A DNA stretch of 64,000 nucleotides from Burkholderiales bacterium (GTDB taxonomy: Bacteria > Pseudomonadota > Gammaproteobacteria > Burkholderiales > SHXO01): NCBI GenBank assembly GCA_036787045.1, contig DAIQQA010000001.1:40167-104166 (forward strand), written 5' to 3'. A program made the translations under genes and the position numbers. This document shows, piece after piece, positions 36,093 through 45,051 of the stretch (within the stretch, counting starts at the first letter, position 1; each line of letters starts with the position of its first letter). The notes below the pieces were generated by a model. That model did no database searches. It was not told where the DNA came from and saw nothing but the letters and a program-made list of their open reading frames with translations.

Positions 36093-37278
36093 CTGCTCTG
36101 CCTTGATCGTCCTGGCGGCCCTGGCGTTGCCGCTGAGCACGGGTCTGGCCGGCGCACAGAGCGCGGTCATCCCGAAGAAGCATCAGGCGCTTTATCGCCA
36201 GCTCGGTGGACAGCTCGCCCAGTTCGCAGCCACAGTCCCGGGAACGGGCAGCGACCGGCCTGTCCTGCGCGGCGCCGCGTGGACAGCTGCCGGCTGCGAG
36301 CCCGTGCCCACACTCCTCGACGAGACGCGGCGGGAGCGTGCACTGCGAGAGCTGGACGCCCTAGCGCGGGCCGGCGCACAACTCGTGACGCTGGAGGTGT
36401 GCTATCCACTGATCTCCCCGCAGTTCCAGGATTCGCGCCCGGTCCTCGAGCGCTACGCCAATCTCGCCAACGCGGTGCGGTTGCGCGGACTGAAGCTGCT
36501 GGTGCGCAGCCGCGCACTGGCGCCGACCGATGGCAGCATCGTCGCACGCCGCTACTACGTGCGCATGGGCAAGCAGCGCTTCTTCCTCGAGCGTTACGAA
36601 GAGGCAAAGAGCATCGCGCTGGCGCTGCAACCCGACTACCTCACCCTGGTGGCGGACCCGCTCCGCGACACGGCGGGGCTCAAGCTCACCGCGCGCGATT
36701 GGCGCACCTTCCTGCGCAAAGCGAATGCGGATATGAAAGCGGATCTGGGAGACTTCGCGCCCGCGCTGGGCGGCGGCCTGGCACTGTCGGCCAGCGCCGA
36801 GCTGGTCGATGCTTTCGCCGCCGTCCCCGGGCTGGACTACATCGACCTGCGCGTGGATCGGCTGGCCACACCGAAGGAGAAGCTTCTGCCGCGTTTGCTG
36901 AGCTGGCCGGAGCGGATCCGCGCGATCGATCCCGGCAAGCGCCTCCTGATCGGCGACGCCTGGCTCTACAAGGCTGGCGCGGAGGAGGCTGCCGGCGCAC
37001 TGCCGCAGCCGGGGATCACGGCGCGAGACGTTTACAGCTTCTGGGCGCCGCTCGACATCGACTTCTTGCGCGTGCTCGTCCATGCCGCCCATACCGGGAA
37101 CATCGAGGCAGTGGTGGCTTCACAGCCTCGCTACCTGTTCGCCTACCTGGACTTCTTCGACCCGACCACGTTCCGCGCCACACCGCTGCTGCTGATGGAG
37201 CTGGCTGAGCGCCAGGCTGGGTATGCGATGGCGGGCGATCGGCTCACAGACACCGGCAAGGCGTTCGGCGCGCTCTAG
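36088..37278 (+). CDS. Secreted hypothetical protein (396 aa)
   Basis: Signal peptide MNCSALIVLAALALPLSTGLAGAQS. Third-position GC is high. The GTG start lies inside the right arm of the preceding repeat element, so the start is uncertain. Confidence 0.65.
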   Translation: MNCSALIVLAALALPLSTGLAGAQSAVIPKKHQALYRQLGGQLAQFAATVPGTGSDRPVLRGAAWTAAGCEPVPTLLDETRRERALRELDALARAGAQLVTLEVCYPLISPQFQDSRPVLERYANLANAVRLRGLKLLVRSRALAPTDGSIVARRYYVRMGKQRFFLERYEEAKSIALALQPDYLTLVADPLRDTAGLKLTARDWRTFLRKANADMKADLGDFAPALGGGLALSASAELVDAFAAVPGLDYIDLRVDRLATPKEKLLPRLLSWPERIRAIDPGKRLLIGDAWLYKAGAEEAAGALPQPGITARDVYSFWAPLDIDFLRVLVHAAHTGNIEAVVASQPRYLFAYLDFFDPTTFRATPLLLMELAERQAGYAMAGDRLTDTGKAFGAL

Positions 37279-37351
37279 TACCGAGACACATCAGTAGCGG
37301 AACATCGTATGTTAGAGCTGGCGAGCGCCGGAAGCCCTCATAGCCCCTGGC

Positions 37352-37399
37352 TCCGGTTTTCTTCGTGCCTTCGTGGTAATTAGTGTGTCGCAGCACTAG
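37352..37399. repeat. Repeat module TCCGGTTTTCTTCGTGCCTTCGTGGT...TAGTGTGTC....CACTAG (copy 2)
   Basis: It has the same layout and orientation as 29006-29062. Confidence 0.8.
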
Positions 37400-37743
37400 C
37401 CCGCGCGCCGATCACGCGCTCGCACCGCGTCTACCATGTGGTCGCACGCTGCCCCTGGGCGCCAGTGGACGCCACGCATACTTGGCCTATTGTGAACTCC
37501 GCCCGTCCCCGGCCTGCAGGCGAGTCGCGCAATGCTGCGCGGGTGCGTCGTGCCGCGCAGCGGACCCGCCGCCCCGCCGCAGCAGGGGCTGGGCGCGGAT
37601 GCCCGGTGAGCGCGCCCAGCCCCAGTTTGCAAACACCTCGGCCACACGGCCCGCCTCTGTCACTGGAACGAAACCTGCTGACCAACGGGGCAAGGATGGC
37701 GCAAGTGCGCCATATGTAAAGGGTTTGTGAAGCGAGGCAGACA

Positions 37744-38013
37744 ATGAGCGCAGACATCGACCTGAAAGCCTGCACGATCCTGGAGCGCCTGAGCGAGCAG
37801 CTGGCGGACGCGACCGTAGACTACTGCTGCACCCAAGACATACACGAGTTCATGATCACTCGTGCCGGCCTTACCCACGAGCTTGGTTTTCTGGAGCGGG
37901 TGCTGGAGCTGCGGGAGCTTCCCGACATCGAGCAGGTCGTGAACAAGCTGGTGGACGAAATCAAGGGCAGCAGCCAGCCGCGTCGCATCCGCGTCGGGAA
38001 CAACGCCTCCTGA
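37744..38013 (+). CDS. Hypothetical small protein (89 aa)
   Basis: GAGG lies 7 nt upstream of the ATG and third-position GC is high. I recognise no motif. Confidence 0.55.
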   Translation: MSADIDLKACTILERLSEQLADATVDYCCTQDIHEFMITRAGLTHELGFLERVLELRELPDIEQVVNKLVDEIKGSSQPRRIRVGNNAS

Positions 38014-38180
38014 TCCAACGCCCCCTCTTGGCGCCGCATCCCGCAGGCGCCGTCCCCGGTTTTACCCTACTGCGCCACTCCGGCGCGCCGCGTCCTAACA
38101 GGCGGTCGAACACAGGGCTGCGGAAGCGCCCGGATGTCTGACCGCCACACCTCGACGCCCTGCGGTCGCCTTTCGGCGCG

Positions 38181-39293
38181 TTAGCTGCGCTCCAGTTCGC
38201 CCACGCGCACGCCCAGGAGCCGAACGCGCCGGTCCAGCTTGACGCGGCCGAGGCATTCGAAGACGGCCTTGCGGATCAGCAGAGGGTCGCGAGTCGGTGC
38301 CGGCAGCGTCTTGTCGCGCGTGTGCGTCTCGAAGTCCGCGAAGCGGATTTTGATGCCGACGGTGCGGGCGAGGTAGCCGTCGTCCTTGAGATCCTCCGCC
38401 ACGCCGCGCGACAGCTCGGCCAGGCGCCGCGCGATCGTCTGCCAGTCGGCCGTGTCCTGTTGAAAGGTGCGCTCGCGGCTGCGCTGCTTGGGCTCCCAGT
38501 GGGTCACCAACGGCCGGTCGTCGATGCCGTGCGAGGCCTGGTACAGAAATAGACCATAGGACTGCCCGAACCGCGCCATCAGCTCGTCCAGCGGCAGGGC
38601 TGCCAGCTCGCCGATGGTGTGGATGCCCATACCTGCGAGCCGCTCCTCCGTCTTGGGACCGATGCCCGGCACTTTGCGCACGCCCAGCGGCCAGATCTTC
38701 GCTTCGAGGTCGCCCGCGCCAATCACCGTGAGCCCGTCGGGCTTGTTCATGTCGGACGCGATCTTCGCCAGCCTCTTGTTGGGTGCCACGCCGATCGAGC
38801 AGCTGAGCCCCGTTTCCTCCCGTACGCAGCGCTTGATGTCGCGCGCGATCGCGTCTGCCGGCCGGTCGCTGCCGGTAACCTCGAGATACGCCTCGTCGAT
38901 GCCAACATCCTGCGTCAGCGGCGAGAAGCGACGCAGAATGTCCTTGACAATGCGCGACATGCGGCTGTACTCGGCATAGTCCACCGGCAGAAAAATGCAA
39001 TCGGGGCACAGCTTATGTGCGGTGCGCAGCGGCATGGCCGAATGCACGCCGAACTTCCGCGCCTCGTATGAGGCGGTAGAGACCACCCCGCGGCGGGTCG
39101 GGTCTCCTGTTGCACCGATCACCAGCGGCCGGCCCTTCAGCTCCGGACGGCGCAGCAGCTCCACCGCCGCGAAGAAGGCGTCCATGTCCACGTGCAGAAC
39201 CTGGCGGGGCGGTCCGTGCGGCTCGCCCAGTGATTCGGTCGCTTCGATCTTCAATGCCCCGGGAAGCCGTACAATCCCACCGCCGACGCGCAT
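38181..39293 (-). CDS. dinB: DNA polymerase IV (Y-family translesion polymerase)
   Basis: LHVDMDAFFAAVE, STASYEARKFGV.SAMP and IDEAYLEVT. The N-terminal 30 aa are atypical, so the true start may be internal. Confidence 0.9.
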   Translation of the reverse strand: MRVGGGIVRLPGALKIEATESLGEPHGPPRQVLHVDMDAFFAAVELLRRPELKGRPLVIGATGDPTRRGVVSTASYEARKFGVHSAMPLRTAHKLCPDCIFLPVDYAEYSRMSRIVKDILRRFSPLTQDVGIDEAYLEVTGSDRPADAIARDIKRCVREETGLSCSIGVAPNKRLAKIASDMNKPDGLTVIGAGDLEAKIWPLGVRKVPGIGPKTEERLAGMGIHTIGELAALPLDELMARFGQSYGLFLYQASHGIDDRPLVTHWEPKQRSRERTFQQDTADWQTIARRLAELSRGVAEDLKDDGYLARTVGIKIRFADFETHTRDKTLPAPTRDPLLIRKAVFECLGRVKLDRRVRLLGVRVGELERS

Positions 39294-39305
39294 GCGTCCG
39301 AACCC

Positions 39306-39923
39306 GTGAGCCCGATTGTGTTCGACACGATTCTATTCGACCTGGGCGGTGTTCTCATCGACTGGAACCCGCGCTACCTGTATCGGCCGTTGTTCGGCGG
39401 AGACGACGCAGCCATGGAGGACTTCCTGGCGCGTGTTTGCCCGCCCGAATGGAACCTCGAGATGGACGCCGGCCGGCCGTTTGCCGAGGCGGTGGCCGAA
39501 CGCCAGCGCCTGTTCCCCGAGCACGCCGAGCGCATCGCCCTGTGGCATACCGGCTGGCCGCAGATGCTGCGCGACCAGATCCCCGAGACGGTCGAGGTGC
39601 TGGCCGCGCTGCGCGAGCGCGGTCACCGCTTGCTGGCGCTCACGAACTGGTCCGCCGAAACCTTTCCGATCGCACGCCAGCGCTTCGCGTTCCTGGGCTG
39701 GTTCGAAGATATCGTGGTCTCCGGCGAGGTCAAGCTCGCCAAGCCCGACCGGCGCATCTTCGAGCTCGCCATCCGTCGCGCCGGTCTCGAGCCGAAACGC
39801 ACGCTCTACATCGACGACTCCGCCGGCAACGTCGAGGCCGCCAAGGCGCTCGGATTCCGTACACACCACTTCGAAAGCCCGGCCGGCCTGCGTGCGGAGC
39901 TCGACCGGCACGCTTTGCTCTAG
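39306..39923 (+). CDS. HAD-superfamily phosphatase/hydrolase (subfamily IA)
   Basis: ILFDLGGVLIDW (motif I DxG), LTNW, KPD..IFE and YIDDS. The start is GTG. Confidence 0.85.
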   Translation: MSPIVFDTILFDLGGVLIDWNPRYLYRPLFGGDDAAMEDFLARVCPPEWNLEMDAGRPFAEAVAERQRLFPEHAERIALWHTGWPQMLRDQIPETVEVLAALRERGHRLLALTNWSAETFPIARQRFAFLGWFEDIVVSGEVKLAKPDRRIFELAIRRAGLEPKRTLYIDDSAGNVEAAKALGFRTHHFESPAGLRAELDRHALL

Positions 39924-39982
39924 AATCAGGCTGTCACTTCTCTTCAGCCTGGCCGGACCGAAACGAAAATCGCTGTCGCCGG

Positions 39983-40825
39983 ATGCCCGAGTCATACGCC
40001 CCGCCCCGCGCTCCCGCGCCGCCTCTGCCCTGGCGGCTCGACGACATCGATCTGAGCGCCATCGACCGGGAACGGGTCCGCGGTGACGAGACCCTGTTCT
40101 TTCTGCTTGCAACCTCGTCTTTCGTCGAGATCGCGTCGGCGCTGTACACGCGCAACCTGTCGGCCTACTACACCGCCGACAACGCGGTGCTCGAATGGCT
40201 CAACGGTCACTGGGAGCAGGAAGAGGTCCAGCACGGCCGGGCGCTGCGTGCCTACGTGCAGGCGGTGTGGCCGGAGTTCGACTGGGAAGGCGCCAACACC
40301 GCGTTCTATGCCGACTATGGGGCGCGCTGCACACTGGACGAGTTCGAGCCGACGCAGGCGCTCGAGCTGGCGGCCCGCTGCGTGGTCGAGATGGCCACGG
40401 CCACGTTCTACCGGACGGTCCACGAGTATACCGACGAGCCTGTGCTCAAGACGATAACCGGGCACATCAAGAGCGACGAAGTGCGGCACTACAGCCACTT
40501 CTGGCGGTTTTTCGAAGAGTACCGCGCACGCGAGCAGGTCGGACGCATCAGGATCCTGCGGGCGATCATGCGGCGGGTGCTGGAGGTGGCGAACGACGAC
40601 GGGCTGATCGCCTACCGCCACGCCTTCGCCGCGCGGTATCCGGACCGCAGCTTCGAGCGCCACCACTACGATGCGTTCCAGGCCGACCTGAAGCGCATCC
40701 TGCGCCGCCACTTCCCGATCGACATGAGCTTGAAGATGCTGCTCAAGCCACTCGACCTGCCCGCGGGGCTGCAGCGACTGGTCCTGCTGCCGGCGAGAAA
40801 GGGTGTCGGGCTGCTGCTGGCCTGA
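39983..40825 (+). CDS. Ferritin-like di-iron carboxylate protein
   Basis: Two ExxH-type motifs (EEVQHGRAL, SDEVRHYSHF) sit in a helical protein. The internal ATG 39983 was chosen. The track ORF (39110-) upstream overlaps dinB and the HAD gene and is compositionally shadow-like. Confidence 0.75.
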   Translation: MPESYAPPRAPAPPLPWRLDDIDLSAIDRERVRGDETLFFLLATSSFVEIASALYTRNLSAYYTADNAVLEWLNGHWEQEEVQHGRALRAYVQAVWPEFDWEGANTAFYADYGARCTLDEFEPTQALELAARCVVEMATATFYRTVHEYTDEPVLKTITGHIKSDEVRHYSHFWRFFEEYRAREQVGRIRILRAIMRRVLEVANDDGLIAYRHAFAARYPDRSFERHHYDAFQADLKRILRRHFPIDMSLKMLLKPLDLPAGLQRLVLLPARKGVGLLLA

Positions 40826-40831
40826 GCGCGT

Positions 40832-41290
40832 ATGGCCGTCTCTCCGATCGGACCGGTCTCCAACGCGACCAACTTCATCCAGGTCGCGCTGTCGCCGCGC
40901 CTGCTCACGCCAGCCCAGGCCTTCACCGCGGTGCTGGAGACTTCGCTCAGCGGTCCGCCGACCTCGCCCGTTGCACTGGCCGGCGCGGCACGGCCCGGGG
41001 AATTCGCTTCCGCGCTGGAGCAGGCGCTGTTCCGAAACCTGGTGAATACCGTCGACCGCGTCGATCTCTCGACGCTGACATCGGGGCTCCAGCCTCTGTT
41101 CGCGGCCGAGCTCAGCTTGACCTCGCCGCTGCCACCGGACGCGCTGCTGCCCCTGCTCGCCGGCGCCTCGCCCGCCGAACGCGCGGTCCTGTCGGCCAGC
41201 CTCGCATCCCTGTTCAGCATCATCCAGCTGCTCGGTGCCGAGCCCGATCAGGAACCGCGGTTGGGCGGCCTGCTCGATACGCTCGCCTGA
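40832..41290 (+). CDS. Hypothetical A/L/S/P-rich protein (152 aa)
   Basis: Third-position GC is very high throughout. It starts 6 nt after the ferritin-like stop. There is no obvious RBS and I recognise no motif. Confidence 0.5.
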   Translation: MAVSPIGPVSNATNFIQVALSPRLLTPAQAFTAVLETSLSGPPTSPVALAGAARPGEFASALEQALFRNLVNTVDRVDLSTLTSGLQPLFAAELSLTSPLPPDALLPLLAGASPAERAVLSASLASLFSIIQLLGAEPDQEPRLGGLLDTLA

Positions 41291-41309
41291 GCGTTGCGGA
41301 GGGTGCCGG

Positions 41310-41990
41310 CTATTCCTGGTTGATCCCGCGCAGGAAGTCGTCCAGCGTCTTGCCCGGCTCATCGGCAAACCCTCTGTCCGAAGCCAGGGCCTTCGAGATG
41401 CGATCGACGCGGAAGTTGCGAAAGTCCCGCCGCAGCTCGCACCACGCCGCCAGCGTCCACACCGCACCCCAGAAGTACAGCGCGAGCGGCCGCACTTCCC
41501 GGGTCGAGGTCTCGCCATCCTGGCGTCTGTAGTCGAAGCGCAGGACCCGCCGCTAATTGATCGCATCGCGCACGCAGTCCATGGTGCTGGTCACCTGGGC
41601 CGGCACGTTGAAGTCGAGCGCGAACAGGCGCGACCGGCGGATCTCCTTTCTCCGATCCGCCGGCAGCACTGCCTCGATCTTCACCAGGGAGCGGCGGGCC
41701 GCCTCCGACAGCGCAGTGCCGCCCCAGGCTTGCACGAAGCGCGCGCCGAGCACCAGGGCTTCCAGCTCCGCACGGTCGAACATCAGGGGCGGCAGGTCGA
41801 AGCCCTTGCGCAGCGCATAACCCACGCCGGCTTCGCCCTCGATAGGAACGCCGGACAGCACGAGGTCGCGCACGTCGCGGTAGATCGTGCGCTCGGAAAC
41901 CTCCAGCCGTTGCGCCAGGTGGCGCGCGGTGGTGAGGCGCCGGCCGCGCAGCAGTTCGATGATCTGGAACAGTCGGTCGGCACGGCGCAT
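41310..41990 (-). pseudogene. YafY-family (HTH + WYL domain) transcriptional regulator interrupted by an in-frame TAG at 41553-41555
   Basis: N-terminal MRRADRLFQIIELLRGRRLTTARHLAQRLEVSERTIYRDVRDL. After the TAG the same frame continues RRVLRFDYRRQDGETSTREVRPLALYFWGAVWTLAAWCELRRDFRNFRVDRI (WYL domain). Confidence 0.75.
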
Positions 41991-42003
41991 GGGGTCGGAA
42001 GGC

Positions 42004-42411
42004 TCAGTGCAGCGAATGCATGCCCACGCGGTTGCCTTCGCTGTCGATGAAGTGCGCGTAGTAGCCCACCTCCTCGCTCAGAAAAGTCTTTGGCAATGCG
42101 ACCTTGCCGCCTGCCGCCTCGACGCGCGCCAGGGGGACCGCCAGGTCCTGTCCGGCGTTGAGATAGACGACGGCGCCATCGGCTGCGGGAGCATAGCCGG
42201 GGCCGCTGATGACGCACCCTGAAACCGCCTGTCCGGCGTGGGGGAACAGCGCCATGACGTAGTCGCCCATGCGCTCGTCGGTGAGCTGCACCGAGAACAC
42301 GGTCTCATAGAAGCGCTTCGCGCGTGCGAAGTCGCGGACGGGAAGCTCGAACCACACCGCCATGTTCTGCTTGGACATCTCGGATCCGGCCATCTTTGCC
42401 ACTCCTTTCAC
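42004..42411 (-). CDS. VOC-family (glyoxalase/bleomycin-resistance fold) protein
   Basis: WFELPVRDFARAKRFYETVF... and YAHFIDSEGNRVGMHS. It is paired with a YafY regulator, as is common. An alternative start lies a few codons downstream. Confidence 0.85.
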   Translation of the reverse strand: MKGVAKMAGSEMSKQNMAVWFELPVRDFARAKRFYETVFSVQLTDERMGDYVMALFPHAGQAVSGCVISGPGYAPAADGAVVYLNAGQDLAVPLARVEAAGGKVALPKTFLSEEVGYYAHFIDSEGNRVGMHSLH

Positions 42412-42488
42412 TGGATATCGTGCGGGATCGCACGAGACACAGCATAGGCAGGGACTGCTGACAGCATCCTGTCAGCAGACTTGGCCGG

Positions 42489-43097
42489 TCATTCCGCCAG
42501 GCGGTATTCGATCATCTCGCCGCGCAGGTCGAAGTGGCCAGCCACCCAGTGACCGTCACCGTCGTACCACAGACTGCCGCGCAGGCGAGGCGTTGCGAAG
42601 GCATGCTCCCGCACGGGCACGGCAGCGCCGGCGAGCGTCATCTGCCCGGCCGACCGGGGTTCGGTGGTCAGGTCCAGCAGACTGCCGCTGTGCGCGTCGA
42701 GGATCCTGCGCTGGGTGAGGATGGCCCGGTTCCACAGGCTGTCGCTAGTGAATATCTCGTCCGGCAGCAGGGCTTCGCCGGGCGCCTCCAACCGGAAGCC
42801 GGAGTCACCGGCTGCGCCCCGCAGTCGAAGCGGCGCGCCCCCGTTCTCCCGCGTGGTCGCCGATAGCCGCGTCAACTTGCCGCGGCACCAGCGCTCCTCG
42901 CTCTCGTGATCCAGATCGTATAGCGTGATGAACCCGAGCTTGACCGTCAGAGCCACCCGGGTCAGAGCCTCGAGTTCGTCCTCGCGCTCGCGGAAGGCGA
43001 CCTGGTGCTCGCCGATCGTGCGTCCCTGCCAGGCAATCAGGAACCGGCGGTCCAGTGGGGTGACCGTTGGTGCGGTCGGAGCTTTCTGGGTTCGCAT
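42489..43097 (-). CDS. Hypothetical protein, possibly DUF6134-like
   Basis: The pattern G..IG.H.V.F......L.....L.VK.GFITLY...H...E.W..G.L..L...T..NG resembles that family as I recall it. No signal peptide is seen. Confidence 0.45.
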   Translation of the reverse strand: MRTQKAPTAPTVTPLDRRFLIAWQGRTIGEHQVAFREREDELEALTRVALTVKLGFITLYDLDHESEERWCRGKLTRLSATTRENGGAPLRLRGAAGDSGFRLEAPGEALLPDEIFTSDSLWNRAILTQRRILDAHSGSLLDLTTEPRSAGQMTLAGAAVPVREHAFATPRLRGSLWYDGDGHWVAGHFDLRGEMIEYRLAE

Positions 43098-43150
43098 GCG
43101 GCCAAGCTTAGCCGATCTGACCGATCACGAAGCCACCGGACGGCGTCCGC

Positions 43151-44002
43151 TCAGAGCCGCGCCGCCTGGAACGTATTGCAGCCCTCCAGATCCCCGGTCT
43201 CCAGCCCGTGCCGAAACCAGCGTGCACGCTGCTCCGCGCTGCCGTGAGTGAAGGAATCGGGAGAAACGTAGCCCTGGGCGCGCATCTGCATGCGGTCGTC
43301 GCCGATCTGGCTCGCTGCATTCAGCGCCTCCTCCACGTCGCCTTCCTCCAGGATCTGGCGCGAGCGGTCTGCGTGGTGCGCCCAGATCCCCGCCAGGCAG
43401 TCTGCCTGCAGTTCCATCCGCACCGAGAGCTCGTTGCCCTCTGGCTGTGAGACGCGCTGTTGGGCGCCGCGCACCTTGTCTGCGATGCCGAGCAGGTTCT
43501 GCACGTGGTGCCCGATCTCGTGGGCGATGACATAAGCCTGCGCAAAGTCGCCTGGGGCCCCGAAGCGCTCGCGCAGGTCGCCGTAGAAGTCCAGGTCGAT
43601 GTACAGCTTGCGATCCGTCGGGCAATAGAACGGGCCGACCGCAGCCTGGGCGAACCCGCAGGCCGACTGCACCGCGCCGGAAAACAGCACCAGTGTCGGC
43701 TCCTGATATTGCGCGCCGACCTGCTGGAACAACGCGCCCCAGGTGTCCTCCGTGTCCGCCAGCACCACGGAGATGAACTCCTTCATGGGGTCGGGACCGG
43801 TCTGGTCGGACTGCGGCGCAGGCGTCTGGGTGTTGCTTTGCGTACCCATGCCCTGAATCAGCAGCCTGGGATCGACGCCGAAGACCAGCGCCAGGACGAT
43901 GATCACGATTGCGCCGAGGCCGCCCCCGGCCAAGCCCGGCCATACACGCATGCCGCGGCGGTCCTCGACGTTCCCGCTCCTTCTGCCGGATTCCCAACGC
44001 AT
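43151..44002 (-). CDS. ypfJ: Neutral zinc metallopeptidase, YpfJ family
   Basis: MRWESGRRSGNVEDRRG, one TM segment, FYCP.D..(I/L)Y(I/L)DL.F, and the HExxH motif in VIAHEIGHHVQN. Confidence 0.9.
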   Translation of the reverse strand: MRWESGRRSGNVEDRRGMRVWPGLAGGGLGAIVIIVLALVFGVDPRLLIQGMGTQSNTQTPAPQSDQTGPDPMKEFISVVLADTEDTWGALFQQVGAQYQEPTLVLFSGAVQSACGFAQAAVGPFYCPTDRKLYIDLDFYGDLRERFGAPGDFAQAYVIAHEIGHHVQNLLGIADKVRGAQQRVSQPEGNELSVRMELQADCLAGIWAHHADRSRQILEEGDVEEALNAASQIGDDRMQMRAQGYVSPDSFTHGSAEQRARWFRHGLETGDLEGCNTFQAARL

Positions 44003-44015
44003 GCTTAGTTTCCCC

Positions 44016-44870
44016 CTATTTGAAGCTGACCGTTACACTCGGGTCGCCGGGCAGCCCAAGGTACTGCACGGTAACGGTCGTGCCCGGCTTGGTGGGCTGG
44101 AACGGCAGGAAGGCGCCAAGGCTGAGCAGGTCCCCTGCCTTCAGGCCCACACCGGAGCGCTCGAGGTCGTGCGCGAGCCACATGGCGGAGCTGAGCGGGT
44201 GACCCATGATCGCCGAGCCGGGACCGCGGGCGAGCTCGCGCCCGTCCTCGATCAGCACGACCGTCATGTTCGCCAGCGCGTCGATGAACTCGTCACTGGT
44301 CTGCATCGGGATGGGAGCGCCGAGTGCGCCCATGCGCGCACCCACATTGATCGCCACCAGCGCAGGGCCGTTGAGCGTCTCCTTCGAGTCGAGCAGCAGA
44401 TCCGGCAGCTCCATGAACGGCACGACGAAGGACACGCTCTCCGCCGCCTCGCGGGCCGTGCGCGCGCGCAGCAGCCCCGCAGGATCCTCCACCTCCACGA
44501 TGAGGTCGGCCTCCCATAGCGGGCGGGCGCCGAACTTCGCCGGCAGCTGTGCCCCGCTTCTCACCAGCATGTCGCGCAGCAGGAAGCCGCGCACCGGGTG
44601 ATCCACGCCGAAGCGCACCTGCACGGCGGGATTGGTCAGCCCCGCTTTGTACCCTGCGACGGGCCCGAGCGATTCACTCAGTCGTCGCACGACCTTCGAC
44701 TGTGCGCACAGGGCATCCTGCATGGTCAGGTCGGGACCGAAGCCCCGGCTTACCTGCAGGTCGCGGTAGTCGGACACAAAGGCGGCGACCTGGATATCGT
44801 CCGGGCAGGCGGCATGGACGCTGGCCGCGAGGCACGTCAGCAATAGAAACGCAACCGCGCTGCGGTACAT
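44016..44870 (-). CDS. 2-keto-4-pentenoate hydratase-like (FAH-superfamily hydratase/decarboxylase) with Sec signal peptide
   Basis: RBS GAGGA precedes ATG 44870. Signal peptide MYRSAVAFLLLTCLAASVHA. The GYKAGLTNPAVQ..FGVD.PVRGFL block is typical of MhpD-type hydratases. Confidence 0.7.
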   Translation of the reverse strand: MYRSAVAFLLLTCLAASVHAACPDDIQVAAFVSDYRDLQVSRGFGPDLTMQDALCAQSKVVRRLSESLGPVAGYKAGLTNPAVQVRFGVDHPVRGFLLRDMLVRSGAQLPAKFGARPLWEADLIVEVEDPAGLLRARTAREAAESVSFVVPFMELPDLLLDSKETLNGPALVAINVGARMGALGAPIPMQTSDEFIDALANMTVVLIEDGRELARGPGSAIMGHPLSSAMWLAHDLERSGVGLKAGDLLSLGAFLPFQPTKPGTTVTVQYLGLPGDPSVTVSFK

Positions 44871-45051
44871 GGAGTCCTCTCTTCGTTGACGCTCGCGGCC
44901 AAGTTTACTCCTACAGTCAACCGACGCCGCGCGCTGCGCCCGAAGCTCGGCCCAAGCTCTGGCAGCGACATCGACACCGCAGCCGCAAGGCAAGCGACGA
45001 TGCGGGTGAGCCGATGTGCCGGACACCCGACTGCATGAGCTGGGGGACATC

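Noticed and set aside
37278-37743. Overlapping ORFs of 83-115 aa on both strands in the 466-nt gap before the 89-aa hypothetical gene
   Set aside because: They overlap one another, are Arg/Ala/Pro/Gly-rich, lack RBSs, and part of the region is repeat DNA (37352-37399). The gap is probably non-coding.
39110-39982. N-terminal 290 codons of the 571-aa ORF 39110-40825
   Set aside because: It overlaps both dinB (antisense) and the HAD gene (another frame), and the product is Arg/Pro/Ala-rich. The ferritin-like homology starts at ATG 39983.
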